From Lama glama (lineage: Eukaryota), in assembly GCA_028534125.1 (NCBI GenBank), contig CM052817.1, positions 68,016,001 to 68,080,000 of the forward strand: a stretch of DNA of 64,000 bases, given 5' to 3'. The notes under the pieces are model-generated. The model did no database searches. It was given only the letters and a program-made list of their open reading frames with translations, and was not told where the DNA came from. The first letter of the stretch is position 1. Each line of letters opens with the position of its first letter. Shown here one piece after another: positions 50,460 to 63,592 of this stretch. A program made the position numbers and the translations under genes.

Positions 50460-51610
50460 TATTTATGGATTCATTCACTCCAAAAATACATGTTGATCAC
50501 CTCCTCTGTGCCAGAAACTAAGCTGGGGAGTTAACTCGGAAGACATAAGTGAACAAAACAGACAGAATCTCTGCCCTCACAAAGACTGCATTTTAGCTAG
50601 AAGAAATTAACAACAAACATAATAAATAACTAAATTATTTGGCATGTCAGAAGTTGGTAGTTGTAATGGAAAAAGGAAAAAATTAAGTATGGAGGAGAAA
50701 TGGGAGTACAGGAGGCAGGGTTAAAACTGTATAGGATGTTCTGAACAGAAATCAAAAAGTCAACTGATGAGCAAAGATCTAAGGAGGGAAAGGGTTCCAA
50801 GCTGGAGGACACAGTAGGTGCAAAGGCCCGAGGCAGGATTGTTCAGAGGAATTGTGAGAAGGCTGTATAGGGATGCGCGAGCAGGAAGAGCAGCAAGAGG
50901 AAAAGTCGGACATGAGATCAAAAACATACATGGGACCAGGGTCTAACTTTCATTTTAACGGACTCAATCTGTCTTAACATGCACAATGAATCAAAAAGGC
51001 ATTAGGTACAATTACCTTATCCATAAACAACTGGCTTAATTTCAACTTTTTACAAACATTAATCAACACAGTTAATTTTTGTTTGGCACATAGCTTCTGT
51101 GCAATCTATGGTGTACACTTTTGCTGAAGACTAACCCACGCATACACACACTACATCATGAGTCTGGGTTTAAAAGGCAGTAAAAATCTGGCTGAAAATG
51201 GCAGAGAGAATACAAGTCTGTTTCCTCCTCCTCACTTCCACTCTAGCCACACTGGCCTCCTTTCTGTCACTCAGACACACTAAGCGTCCTTCCACCTCGG
51301 GGGCCTTTATACTTGCTGTTTCCTGTTGGGTCCCCCCTGGGCGGCCCTCACTTCCTTTGGGTCTTCTCTCAGGTACCACCTCCTAGCTGAGGCCTTCCCC
51401 CTCTCTGAATGGCAACAGTCCCACCCACCCCAGCCCCACCTGCTGCTTTATTTCTCTCCCACACACTTGTCGCCATCTGATGTACTATACTATCTCTCTG
51501 CCCAGAATAAAAGTCCCAGGAGAACTGTTGTCACTTTTACCACTGCTTTACCTGCAGGACTTAGAACATGGCCTGGCAAAAGTCAGGTACCCGAAACACG
51601 TGTACTGAAC
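50460..51610. mobile_element. L2 fragments in both orientations
   Basis: ttcattcactccaaaaatacatgttgatcacctcctctgtgccag; ctctagccacactggcctcctttctgt. Confidence 0.65.
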
Positions 51611-52169
51611 AAAACAGCCCTGTGACGGAAGGCTTAGTGTGGAAGCGACAAGGGCAACTAGAGCAGCTGCCGAGGTGGAATGGACCTGAGGCAGGATGAA
51701 GGCTGCGGGACCAGCCTGGAGAGGCGGGGCCAGGTTATGCAGGGTTGAGGAGCTACCTGAGGAAGTCTACATCTTACCCCTTTAGCAACAGGAAGCCATT
51801 AAAAGGGTCTCATATGGGCAAAAACGGTGCTGAGGGGAGTGTGAGATCTCGGGAGGCGATAGTGACACCAGGTGTATTCAGAGCAGAGCTGGCTGCCATC
51901 TAATCCTTTCATGACCCAGGAAGCTCTACGGTACCCAACAGACTAGTCTAACAGCAGGTGAGAGCAGCCTGAAAATGCCAGCACCTCCAGAGGGGACACA
52001 AATTTGTCAGGACTTCAAACAGGTAAACTACAAAGCTCAGAATCAGTAGTGGGTGGTCAGCAGCATCTATTATGAGCCACTGTAACTGCTGGATTAGGTG
52101 TCCATCACCCACCCCCGGAAGACTATACATCCTTTTAGAAAAAAGACCATATAATAATAAAAGCACCAG

Positions 52170-52400
52170 TAGTTATGATAATGTGATCACTATCCATTAG
52201 GCACAGGTCTAAGGTGAATGCACAAGAACTCATTTAACCTCAACATGACCATGTGCAGGAGGGACTTCAATCATCTCTACTTGACAGACGAAGAAAGTGA
52301 GGTGCAGACACACAGAGGAACTCGCCCAAGGTCACATTATGAGTAAGTGGCAATCTGGCTCCAAAAGCCACGTTCTGAGTCACTTATTATGCTGCCTTGA
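52170..52400 (-). mobile_element. MIR SINE
   Basis: gacagacgaagaaagtgaggtgcaga...aactcgcccaaggtcaca. Confidence 0.65.
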
Positions 52401-53727
52401 TCTTACATTTATATCTCATTTTTCTTTGTACACCCAAAACCTAATGCCCTGCCTAGCATATAAATCCTTAGTAAATGTTTAATGCAATAAACAAATACAT
52501 GAACTCTAGTTATGCTCTGCCTGCTCTACGTTTTATGTCTCCGTTTTTGTCTTTTTCTAATTCAAGGACTTGGTTGTCCTTCCCCTCATCCATGCATCTT
52601 CTCCTACAGACAGTATCCCTTAAGCTTAACAGAAATGTTTTTGCCCTTTCGCTGCTAGGTCAAACAGAATGTCTACTTAGGCACCTGGGGAGTCAGAAAA
52701 CCCGCCTTTTTGGTTTCAACAGGCATTCTCATTCTTAGCACATCACTTCAGAAGTGCCTCTTTTAACCAAGAATGTATCTATGTGGGTGGTCCAACTGCA
52801 TCAAAGGCAGCCTGACTCTTTAGAAAACAATTTTCTTTTTTCTTTTCCTGTGAATGTTTATTCTACATGGGCAGCTGTTTTTCTGAGTTGGATACACCAA
52901 AGCCCCTTCTCAGATATTTTCCAAAAAACATCTTGGAATGTTATGCAAAATATTAAAATTAATAATTAAAATTAAAATACAAAAATTAAACATCCAAATA
53001 GACAGATGCTCTAATGGCTTTTATAAGGATAAAGGCAGCTGCTTCTCCCTGTCCCAAAACCTAGACTTCTGATTTGGAATATTCTAAATTTTCCTCACTA
53101 ACCTGGAAGGAGTTACCACTTCCCAGGAGTGAGGAAATGTGAGAACAAAACAAAAAGGGGTAAGAAAGAAAGAAAAGCAAACAGTGTTATTCTGTAATAG
53201 GAATGCTGCTTTACCAATACTTAGCCATTGTTTTCATTGCTTCCCAATCAAAAATTATAAATCTAGATAGTAAATAATTAAGTCACCTAATTCAATTCAC
53301 GAGTTTTGAAAGCTTTAATAATTTAAAAGGTTCATATGTTAAAGTTTAAAAAAACAAAATTCATGCTATCATATATGAATGTATATAAAAACATAACTTG
53401 TCATATTCTAAGAAATGACTGCAGATAAAGGAGATAAAATACTTTTCACTGACTCTTAATAGCCAAGCCCAGAAAAAGAAATGTGCTTGAAATGCCAAAT
53501 GTGAGTGTTCTATCTGCCTAACGCCGAGAACCTGAGTATAGACATATATATAGTTTGAAAAAAAATTTATTGATACAATAAAACGCCACATTAAAAAAAT
53601 TTTAAATTTACAAATCTCTCACACTGACATGTCCTCAGAACCAATTTAAATTCAAGTAGTTCACAGGATTTACAAGGCAATTTTTTCAGAAGACAGAGAA
53701 GTTTTACCATTATAACAAAAATGTTAC

Positions 53728-53847
53728 CTGCGGGAGGGCACCGTAATTCCATATATAACCCTTGTGAGGAAAGATATTTGCCACATAGCGAAGCTTGCCA
53801 TCCTTCAGATCTTGTTTAATGGGATTCAATGGCTCCTCTGTGGCAAT
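53728..53847 (-). CDS. PPA2: PPA2 coding exon 5 (120 nt): [40 protein letters not shown]
   Basis: cgcttag| and |gtaaca boundaries; NPIKQD, GKLRY and WNYGALPQ family motifs. Confidence 0.97.
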
Positions 53848-55266
53848 CTAAGCGGATCATAGAAGAAAGGGGGAAGGGGGATGAGAAATGATTAATCCTA
53901 GATTCAAACAGTATTTTTTAAATCTGCCATTATCAGACTAAATATTCACATTCCAACTTACTGATTGAAGATACTTTAAAGTAAATAAGCCAGCTCTTAT
54001 TTCTAATTTACCGTTCTGTATTAAAAAAAAAAACAACTGGAGAGGAAACATCAGATTATATATTTAGGCACTCTATGATTTATGCACTCTTTACTTCTAA
54101 CACAAATAATAAAAATTACTGAAATGGCAAGAGGATAAGGATTAATCAATTTGCTATTTGTTACTAATCTTGGGTCTTCTACCATCAATCTTACAATAAA
54201 GTTAACTTAAAGGTTTCTCACCAAGTGATTTCATTTCAAAGCTATCTTTCAATCAAACATATCCGAATTGCTATGCAAAAAGAAAAAAACCTATCCTACG
54301 AAGTATACAAAAAAATAACTGAAGCCATGTTTGAGTGAATAAACGCTGCTTAAATTAGGCAGCATCTCACAGGTTCTTGATCCTACACCCAGCTGGCCAG
54401 CATGATAAAACACTGTATCTAAAAGCAAGAGCAAAAGAAGAATCTGGTATCTTTATTTGTTCCTATTAAAGGATTAACAAAAAAATACTGCCAGGACTTT
54501 GTGAAATAACTGACAATTTTCCAAAGATGAAATCTGCGAAATAGATACTGACATAATAATCCTTAAATACTTGAAATAATACTTGCTATCTCATTCAATG
54601 TTGTAGGAGAAGGCTGAAATAACTCAGCCAACTAAGTGCCATAAATTAAAGTTCACTCAGAACTATAAGGGATCTTACCTACCTGAAGATGAAACTACAA
54701 AATTCTGAAAAGCAAAAGGGAAGTTCTTACTAGGTTCATGTTTCATGGAGGAAGAGGGGGAAGAAAGCTAACCAGGGCAACAGCAGATGATCTCAGCTAG
54801 TGCTCAGTAATCAAGAGCTGGCCAGGGAGATGCTTTCATTCCTGGCAGAGTAAAACAAAATCTAGAGAATTAAGCCCTTAGAAACTAAAACTGCCATCGG
54901 CCCCAAGTATGTTTTAGTCGTGTCCTATGAACAAAACACATCTCAGAACCTTAGAAAACCCTGAAAATATTTGTCATTTTCAAAGACAGAGGAGTTGAGG
55001 AAAATTAAATTTATATGTGTATAACAAACTAGGCAGGCAAAAAATGGAAAACACTCTCTTTAAAGTGTAAATTCAGCTTTGAATAATATTTTGCTTTTTG
55101 TAATTAGATTCAAAGTAAATTCACAAGAATGTTTTCCACTGTTTTCATTATAAAAAAGGTGTCACCCATTCCAAATTCGAAATATTATGGCAAACAACTT
55201 GAAGCAAAGTTTTTGTATCATTATTAGTTCTCATTTCCATTTGATATTAAGAGAATATTTCCATAC

Positions 55267-55320
55267 CTCCATTTTAGCATTTGTCCATCGAGGTACTTCT
55301 ACAATCATATTAAACAAATT
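55267..55320 (-). CDS. PPA2: PPA2 coding exon 4 (54 nt): [18 protein letters not shown]
   Basis: ttgcag| and |gtatgg boundaries; conserved VE(V/I)PRWTNAKME motif. Confidence 0.97.
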
Positions 55321-56384
55321 CTGCAATTTAAAAAAAAAACAAAGAGAAAAAATTTTAATTTAATCTATCCTTTATTTTTTCATTTATCTCCTGCACGGGA
55401 CTGCTTTAGTCTTTTTCCCACAACAAACGATTAGAGTCTGCATCAAATGTCTGCCTATGCCTTTTAAATTTCTTCTAAAATATTAGAGAAGTTGGTGAAA
55501 ACACAACAAAGTTTATGCCCAATCACGTCACCTGACCACCATTGCACAGTGTTAGAAGTTGCTACATTTCTGGAAATATCTTTCCCAAAGTCATGACAGA
55601 ACTAGAATGGAGTCAGGAAACTTGTGTCAATTTCTATTTTCTAACTAAAATAGGAGTGAGAGCTGAATGTCTTTTCCAGTCTACAAAATCAGTGTGATAA
55701 TTTCCGTCCTCACTCCACAGAAGGCTGTTGTGAAGATCAGTTACATAATTCAAATAAAAATACAGACAATTATGAAGTAAAAGATTTTGAAAATTAAAAA
55801 AACAATATTTAAATCCAAGTTATTATAGTCATAATTAAAATTAAGTCTATCGGTATAGGTGGTTATAAAGCTTACCAAGAATTTCGAAGTTTAGCGTGCA
55901 TATCTAGTGCTCTCTGGTTCCCTACAGTACAAAAGGACCACTGCTTCTTCTTCTATTTCTGAACTTTGCAGAGTGTTTAAAACAAAGGATACTCTAGGCC
56001 ATGGAGAGTAAAACTAACTTCCTACAGTAATGGCCTTACAAAGAGAAAGCACAGTTAAAGCTGACCTGCATGCCATTTTGGTATCAGTAACTTAACAACT
56101 TAACAAAGCAATGGTTTAAAAGTCCCACTCCAAGCGTGGTCATGGACCAGGGCTAGTTTGCAAGCTGGTTGTTACTGGTTTACTTAGAAACATTTATAGC
56201 AACTTGACGGAGCAATTTTTATGACTGTTGAACCTAATAATAAAAATTTGGTACCTGAATTACACTTCTCTAATAATTCATTTTGACTGTAGTTTTAAAG
56301 TATCAGTTCACAACAGATTAGAAATGAACATACCAAAAAACTAGTCCTACACCACAGATCACTTGTGTGATTGAAGCGATTAAA

Positions 56385-56580
56385 TATTCTTACTCTCAAT
56401 TGTGTCACACATAAAAATCACCTGGAGTGCTTTAACTGATTAAAAAAGAGAAGAAAGATTTCTAGAGCCCCACCTCCCACATATTTGAATTCAATGGTTC
56501 TGGGGTGGAACAGGGCATTGCTTATTTTGAAAAGCTTTCCAGGCAATTTTAATATGCAGCCAGAGCTGAGAACCTCTGGT
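56385..56580. mobile_element. MER5-like MITE
   Basis: aatcacctggagtgctttaa...tttaatatgcagccagagctgagaacctctg. Confidence 0.65.
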
Positions 56581-57544
56581 TTAAAGCACTGCTAAACAGT
56601 ATCTGGGGCTTTCTTAATGAAACATGAATGAAATTAATTCGAAGAATGCCATTTACACAATTAAATAGACATAGAAATAGAAATCAAGCCACAAAAGTAA
56701 TGATGGTTTTCAAGTTCTTCTAGATAGGGCTGAAGTTTACCAATGACAAAACGGCAGCCTCATAATGAGACAGAGAACAAAGCTGAGAAGGAATTCTCGA
56801 CAATTGCTCCTCAGAAGTATGTCTCATACCTATCCTAGCAACCTTATACACAAGCCTGCTGTTATGTTTCATTTTCTATGCTCTTTCATGAGCTACCCCA
56901 GCACCTGTTTAAATATGTCTGAAGTAGCCGTTAAAAAGAAAAACCTAAGTAAATGGCAGATGTTCACATAATTTATTCATCCTGGAAAGTCTGGCTATAA
57001 GAGAACAAATGCATGCAGATGAATACTCAGAGGTGACAGAGAAGACAAAGCTAGTGACAATCCTTCTGCACAACGACACCTACCAAACCCGCTCACGGAA
57101 ACCTGAATTAGGCCAAAAGAACAATGGATCAGGTCTGAACTTTAAGCTGCAAACCACACTGTCCCTCATCATTTGTTCCTGATCACTGAGAGTGCATTTC
57201 CAGCCTGCCTTTCGTCTCTCCGGCTACAGTGCATACGACCTGTAATTTTTCAAAGCTGATGTTAGTCTGGTTACCCACAGATCAGTGTTAATTATAAACC
57301 ATAACTGGCCTGCTGAAATTTATTAGAAAATCACAAAAATGCAAGGGGATGTGTTTCATTCAGAAAGTTGGGTATGGCTCAGGGACACTGACCTCCTCCT
57401 TCAGTTTTTTTCTTTCTCTATTTTTCCCTTCTATTTTTATTGCAGGAAAAAAAAGATATGAAAAAGCAGTCAGCAGATTTTATGTACTTGGGAAAAAATG
57501 AGAGAAAATCACCCTTCCAGCCTCTTTGTATCTCTTAAAACATC

Positions 57545-58470
57545 AAATTTTGTATTTGACACTAAAACCGAAGGCAACAAAAGCTAAAATAAACAAGTGG
57601 AACTACATTAAACTAAAAGGCTTCTGCACAGCAAAAGAAACCATTAATAAAATGAAAAGACAACCTATGGAATGGAAGACAATATACGCATATCATACAT
57701 CTGTTAAGGGAATAATATCCAAAATACATAAAAATCTCAACAGCAAAAATAAATTTTTTTGATTAAAAAATGGGCATAGGACGTGAGTAGACAGTTTTCC
57801 AAAGAAGACATACAACTGACCAGTACCACTACTCATCAGGGAAATGCAAATCAAAACCATGATGAGATATCAGCTCATGTCTATTAGAATGGTTACCATC
57901 AAAAAAGACAAGAAATAACAAGTATTGGTGAAAATGTGGAGAAAAGGGAATCCGTGTGCACTGGTTTGGGCGAATGTTGGTGGGAATGTAAATTGGTACA
58001 GCCACTATGACAAACAGTATGAAGGTTCCTCAGAAAATTAAAAACAGAGCTACTACATGATCCAGTAATCCCACTTTGCGGTATTCATCTGAAGGAAATA
58101 CAAACAGGATATTGAGGAGACACCTGCACTCCCATGCCCATTACAGCACTATTCACAATTGCCAAGACATGACAGCAACCTAAGTGCCCGTCAACAAATG
58201 AATGAGTAAAGAAGGTGTTGTATACATACAAAGGAATATTATTGAACCATGAGAAAGAAGGAAATCCTGCCATTTGCAATAGGATGGACGGAACTTTAGG
58301 ACCTCATGCTCACTGACATAAGCCAGAGAAAGACAAATACTGCATGGCATCACTTATATATGGAATCTTAAAAAAGAAAGAGAAAAAGGCCAAACTCACA
58401 GAAACAGAGTAGAAAAGTGGCTGTCGGGGGCTGGAGGACAGAAGAAATAGGACACAATTTAAAAAAAAAA
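57545..58470 (+). mobile_element. L1 ORF2 C-terminal and 3'UTR fragment
   Basis: ORF 57526..57762 peptide [36 protein letters not shown] is L1 ORF2. Confidence 0.9.
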
Positions 58471-58649
58471 TAAGGTAGTCTCTGACATATAAACTACATT
58501 CTAAGAATTAAATTTTAATTTGGCTGTATGGACTCAGAATACATTTTTCCCAGTAAACCAACTGCTTCCAGGTTAACACACAAAGTCACAAAGTCTCCAT
58601 GAACCTATGAAGACCTGAGTTCCTGAATGTCTATTCACCCAACATCAGG

Positions 58650-58835
58650 GCAGTGGATCTCAAACTTCAGTGCATACAGAATGCTCTGAAACACTTGTTA
58701 AACATGTAAACTAACCAGTCCTCATCAAGCAGAGATTCTGATGTAATAGATATGGAATGGGCCAGGAATCTGAAATTTTAGCAAGTGCCCCAAGTGGATC
58801 CAATGTAGATGGCTTACAGACCATTCTGACAAACA
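58650..58835. mobile_element. MER5A-like MITE
   Basis: gcagtggatctcaaacttcagtgcatacagaat...agagattctgat...ccaggaatctgaaattttagcaag. Confidence 0.7.
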
Positions 58836-59409
58836 TTAGTTTAGGAAAATACAAGACCAGGCAAAGGTGGCAGGAATTAAACAGCCCCTCAGCTATTGTT
58901 GGAAGTGTATTCAAAGGCTGGGGTCATAGTTTCAGCCAGACTAGAGACTAGATGACAAAAAGGATGAGAAGGGAAAAGAAGGCTAAAGAAGGTGGCAGGA
59001 AAAGCTGTCTGGCATCAGAAAGATAAAAAGGTGCTGACAGCAAGAGACGGGATGACAGACATCAGTCAAATGTTTAGTCCTAAGCAAGAACTATGAAAGG
59101 TTTGACAGCCACATATTTAAAAGATATATTTAGAATGTTATTTGGTTTAGCATATAGTTGGTATAACTATTTTTTCTTCTCCTCTACCCCTAAAAAAATT
59201 GTTCCTGGATCCTAAAACAGCCTCTGAAACCATCTTTTTCCTTTATAATAAAAAGATGATAAACTGACCGATTTTCATACCTTTACTTTAGACCATCCAC
59301 AATGGTAAATAATAACTTCCTACTAATATCTGGGTTCATTTCCTGATTCTCTATGGTCTTTCACTTATAAAATGAAATGGTAAAGAAGCAACTAGAATAT
59401 CAGATTTAC

Positions 59410-59640
59410 TAACAGAAAGTAGATAGCGGTTACCAGGGGCTGGGTAGAAGCGGAAATGGAGAGCTAGGGCTTGCTGGGTGCAGAGGTTCAGTTGGGAAGA
59501 TGAAAAAGTTCTGCAGATGGATGGTGGTGACATGTACAACATGTTAAAATACTTAATGTCACTGAACTGTACATTTAAAAAGTGTGCAATAAATAAAACA
59601 GTAAATGTTACGTATATTTTACCACAAGGGAAAAAAAAAA
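59410..59640 (+). mobile_element. L1MB-like 3' end
   Basis: gggaagatgaaaaagttctgcagatggatggtggtga...cactgaactgtaca plus A tail. Confidence 0.85.
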
Positions 59641-59822
59641 GTGAAATGGTAATATCATCCCCAGCTGCCCTAAAGAGATGCTACAGAAGAAGAAAAACAT
59701 CAGAATATACATGAAAGTTTTGCAGGGAGAATAATTCAGAAGCACTTTACAAATGCAAACTATCATCAAGGTCTTTAAAGACAACGGAAGTGATACACAC
59801 ACATAAAAACCTTTAGATATAC

Positions 59823-59867
59823 CTCATAGTCATCATTTCGTGCCCTCTTTGTAGGAATGCCATTTGC
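59823..59867 (-). CDS. PPA2: PPA2 coding exon 3 (45 nt): ANGIPTKRARNDDYE
   Basis: cttttatag| and |gtatat boundaries, phase 0-0; resembles the recalled human segment ENGIPMKKARNDEYE, which helps distinguish PPA2 from PPA1. Confidence 0.93.
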
Positions 59868-61238
59868 CTATAAAAGAAAAAATGGTATTTATGATTGTAA
59901 TATTTCATGAAAGAATACAGCTGCACTGACTGCAAAGCAATGAAAATATGCCTATTGTGTAAACATTCTACTACAGAGGCTTCCAGAAACCTGATTCCAC
60001 AGAGAATCCACCAAATGTCCAGTGCGTTTTCCTCTCGGCAATTACATCCCCAGTGCCTGAGCATCCAAGTGTTCCATTAAGCAAATTATCAGAAAAGCTA
60101 AATCTCTTTTAAGTATATTTTCCTAGTTTTTATAAAATAAGCAAAGGCTCTGTTCAGTCTTCATGGAAAAGACTGGCAGTTTCCAGTGATTACGCTTAAA
60201 ACAGTCATTTCATTATTGAAATGAAACTCCAGGGAGCGTGACTAACAAGCCATGAAAGTACCCGACTGCACCTACTGCCTGTGAATTCCACCAAGGTGTG
60301 ATTACTATGCCGCCATCAAGCACTTTCAAATTAAAACAGAATACGTGGTGGGCTGAGAAGAAAAATTATGCCATTTACAAATGTTCACACATTATACGTA
60401 ACTTTTCCACACCAAAAGGACGGAAACAAAACAAATAGAAAAGTAATTATTTCAAGTCAGTCCTGAAACATGGAATCTATTCCTAAAATCCCACATCCTA
60501 AAGTAGAAGGTGCAACAGTTCTAATCATTATGACTGGGAACTATTTACACAACCACTGCGTGTACCAACCTCCATGTGCCCAGAATTCACTGGACTGCCT
60601 GTTAACATTTTGTCCTGCCCTAGCCTCAACTTTGCCTAATCCTAAGTCTCATGTTCCCCAAAACTGGTCCTCCTTAGGCAGAATATCATGCCCACTGGGA
60701 TGATTCTAGACCACTCTTCACCCTACCTCCACCCCTGCCCACTACATGATTCCCTCAAGTATTATTGTTACTGTTGTTGTCGGGTACACAGATTTTGTCA
60801 TGGTACAGCCCCACGGGAGGCAGCACCCACCAGTCCCTTCTACCTTCATCACTCTGTTCTAGTTTTCCAGCATTTAACATGATGACTGACTGACTGATTT
60901 TGGGGTTTCGTTAGTCTCATCTGGCTGAGCGGGAACTGTATCTACCTTACTCACCACTGAACTTCAGTGCTTGGAATACTGTCTGGCTCACAATAAGTAT
61001 GCAATCAATGGCTGTTTACTGAATGAATAAATTAATGAACAAATGAATAGATGAATGTGTATGCTTTTAGCCAAAAATAGAGGTGTTGGGAGACGTGAGA
61101 TATTTAGGTTGGATCACTGGCCAAAACAAAACACACGGACATGGACACACACACACACACTCACAGAGACACACACAGCAGTGTGGAGTTCTTTCTGTCC
61201 TCTCACTGGGTTCCTCTCTCTCTCCAGACAATGTGACT

Positions 61239-61287
61239 CCTTGTCCTGTAGCTGAACACCCCTTGTCCTGTAGCTGAACACTCCTTG
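61239..61287. repeat. 22-bp tandem duplication
   Basis: ccttgtcctgtagctgaacac at 61239-61259 and 61261-61281. Confidence 0.9.
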
Positions 61288-62334
61288 AAAGTAATGAGCT
61301 ACAAGGATTATACAAGGGCAGTTAAGACACAGGCCCCTGCTGCTGAGCATCCTTATTCTCAGCTCTTTCCGGGAGAATTATTTCTAGAAAGTTCTACTAG
61401 TGTTATAGGAAATAATTACTTGTAAATATGTTTGTAAATAATAGTTTAGAATAAAATATCTTTACTTTTGCTTTTTTTTTAACCTATATCAAGTCACCCA
61501 TTATCGATTGTCTTCTTGACCTCAAACCTTTAAAATGTCCTTTAAAATGAAGCCTGAAGAAATGTTGAAAAAAGAAAAAAGACACAGGCTATGGAGTTAG
61601 AGCATCTAAGTTCAAATCTCACCCTCACAATAGATAGATTTGTGACCAAGGGCAAGGCACTTAACCTCATTAGCAAAAACAGGGTGACACCAGTAGCTCT
61701 GGACACACTGACACAGTGCCAGCCAAGTGCTGAGCGCCCTACTGGGCTCGGCACTGGCAGCACTCAGGAAGTCTCCACTATTCTCCTCCCCATCGCCATG
61801 ACTATGGACAGTCCGGCCTCTGCAGGGCTGGAGGGCAGCATAAATCCCATGCTGGCGGTCCACAACCTTAGGATGTCGCCCGGTATTTGGCCCCGGAGGT
61901 ATCATCAAAAAGGTCAAAACACCTTTGCATCTGAAGCAGTTTCCCACTTCTTCACTGGGCTCTGCCCCTACCTGATCCCCCTACTGTGTAATCTAAACCT
62001 GAATGCAGGCCTGGTTATTTACTTGACAGTCGTGCCCCTTAATAAATCTGGTACTGAAATAGACCAATTAGCTGCTTGGATTTTAAAGAAAGAGCTCCCA
62101 ACTTGGCGGTGATTACTAACATCCACTGTCAGCTCTGCCATCTCGCCAACCGGGCAGGGGAGCCCTCCAAACGCTCCCACACCTGAGCCCAGCTCCGCTT
62201 CAGCAGCAGAGCTCCCACTCCTACCCAACCTCCCGCCCTTCCACCCACACACCTTCAAGTACTCTTCGGTTCTAAGAGAATAGCCGGCCACAGACTACCA
62301 TTCTTCCAGCTGTACTCTTCTAGCACCTGTTTCA

Positions 62335-62585
62335 CACAGTGGTTAAAGAGCATGAGTTCCCTTGTCTGAAATGCTGGTTCAAAACCCGGTCCTGTCATTT
62401 ACCAGCCATCTGACCTCAGACACGTCAATAACATGCCTCAGCTCCAGTGTCCTTGGAGATAATAACAGCAGCTCATAAGGACTAAGTAACATGGCACATG
62501 TTCACATGGTGGCTAGCCAACAGAAAATAATCCACAAATGTTAGCTATCTTACTATTACTAATATTATTATTATTATTATTAAAA
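62335..62585 (+). mobile_element. MIR SINE with (ATT)n tail
   Basis: cagtggttaaagagcatgag...aaatgttagctatcttactattactaatattattattatt. Confidence 0.65.
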
Positions 62586-62868
62586 ATAACCCTCTTGTTA
62601 ACCTAAATTCTTAACCTTAAATCTTTATTTCCTACCAGATCTAAGCTTTGTGGACTGCTAACACCTCTTTCTCCTAAAGTCCTCCTGGAAGAATCCTACT
62701 CTTACACAAAGTCCAATTCAGGAATGAGGGTTACAATCCTGTTGTTAAAGCTCCATTGCCCTTCTTGACTTCTGACCACTTTCCTTCCTTTCGAGATGCT
62801 TGCAAAGAGCATTTGATGGTGATTCTAGAAGTATATATTTTCATGCCCAAAACAAGTTAAAACAATAC

Positions 62869-62933
62869 CTCTTTAGAGTCCACCTTCAGAGGAATATCAT
62901 GAAAGGGGGAAATGTAGTGACCAGCTACATTCT
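62869..62933 (-). CDS. PPA2: PPA2 coding exon (human exon 2 equivalent, 65 nt): (K)[21 protein letters not shown]
   Basis: Hand translation; tttgcag| acceptor after a long U-rich tract and |gtattg donor; ISPFHDIPL is typical of eukaryotic family I pyrophosphatases. Confidence 0.96.
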
Positions 62934-63137
62934 CTGCAAAAGAAAAACAAACAAAAACAAAAAAACAGGATTAAAGCAATGGACTATCTTGTTCTTTAAA
63001 GCAACTATACTCTTATCCACTTTCAAATTTTAAGTAAGTTTTTAATACTTCTTTTTTCCAAAATTAACTTTAACTCCCAATTTAAAATTTAATTCAACTT
63101 TTAAAACTTGCTCCAATCTGATGGCCAAAGAGAAAAA

Positions 63138-63592
63138 CAGGAGTCCCCTGCCTTATCCACAGGGATGCATTCTAAGACCTTAGTGGATGCAAAACCGTGG
63201 ATAGTACCAAACCCTACATATGATACATTTTTTTCCTATATATACATACCTATGATCAAGTTTAATTTATAAATTAGGCACAGTAAGAGACTGTCTGAAT
63301 TTCCAGCATCACTACTCCTGAGCTCCTAAGGGTGACCTGAACACAAGCTCTGTGACGCCTGGGCAGTCAGTTTTATAACCAAGGTGTCTGCTAAGGCTGA
63401 CAAAGGGATGATTCACACCCAGGACCAGGACAAAACAGGACAGCATCAAATTTCATCACAGCTGCTCAGAATGGTGTGGCCCGCAATTGAAAACTTATGA
63501 AATATTTTCTTCTGGAATTTTCCACTTAACATTTTCAGACCATAGTTGCCCACTAAAACTGTGGGCACAACTGCAGCTAAGGGGGACTACTG
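63138..63592. mobile_element. TcMar-Tigger element (MER44/Tigger7-like)
   Basis: TIRs caggagtcccctgccttatc / taagggggactactg followed by TA; ccgtggatagtaccaaaccct. Confidence 0.8.
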
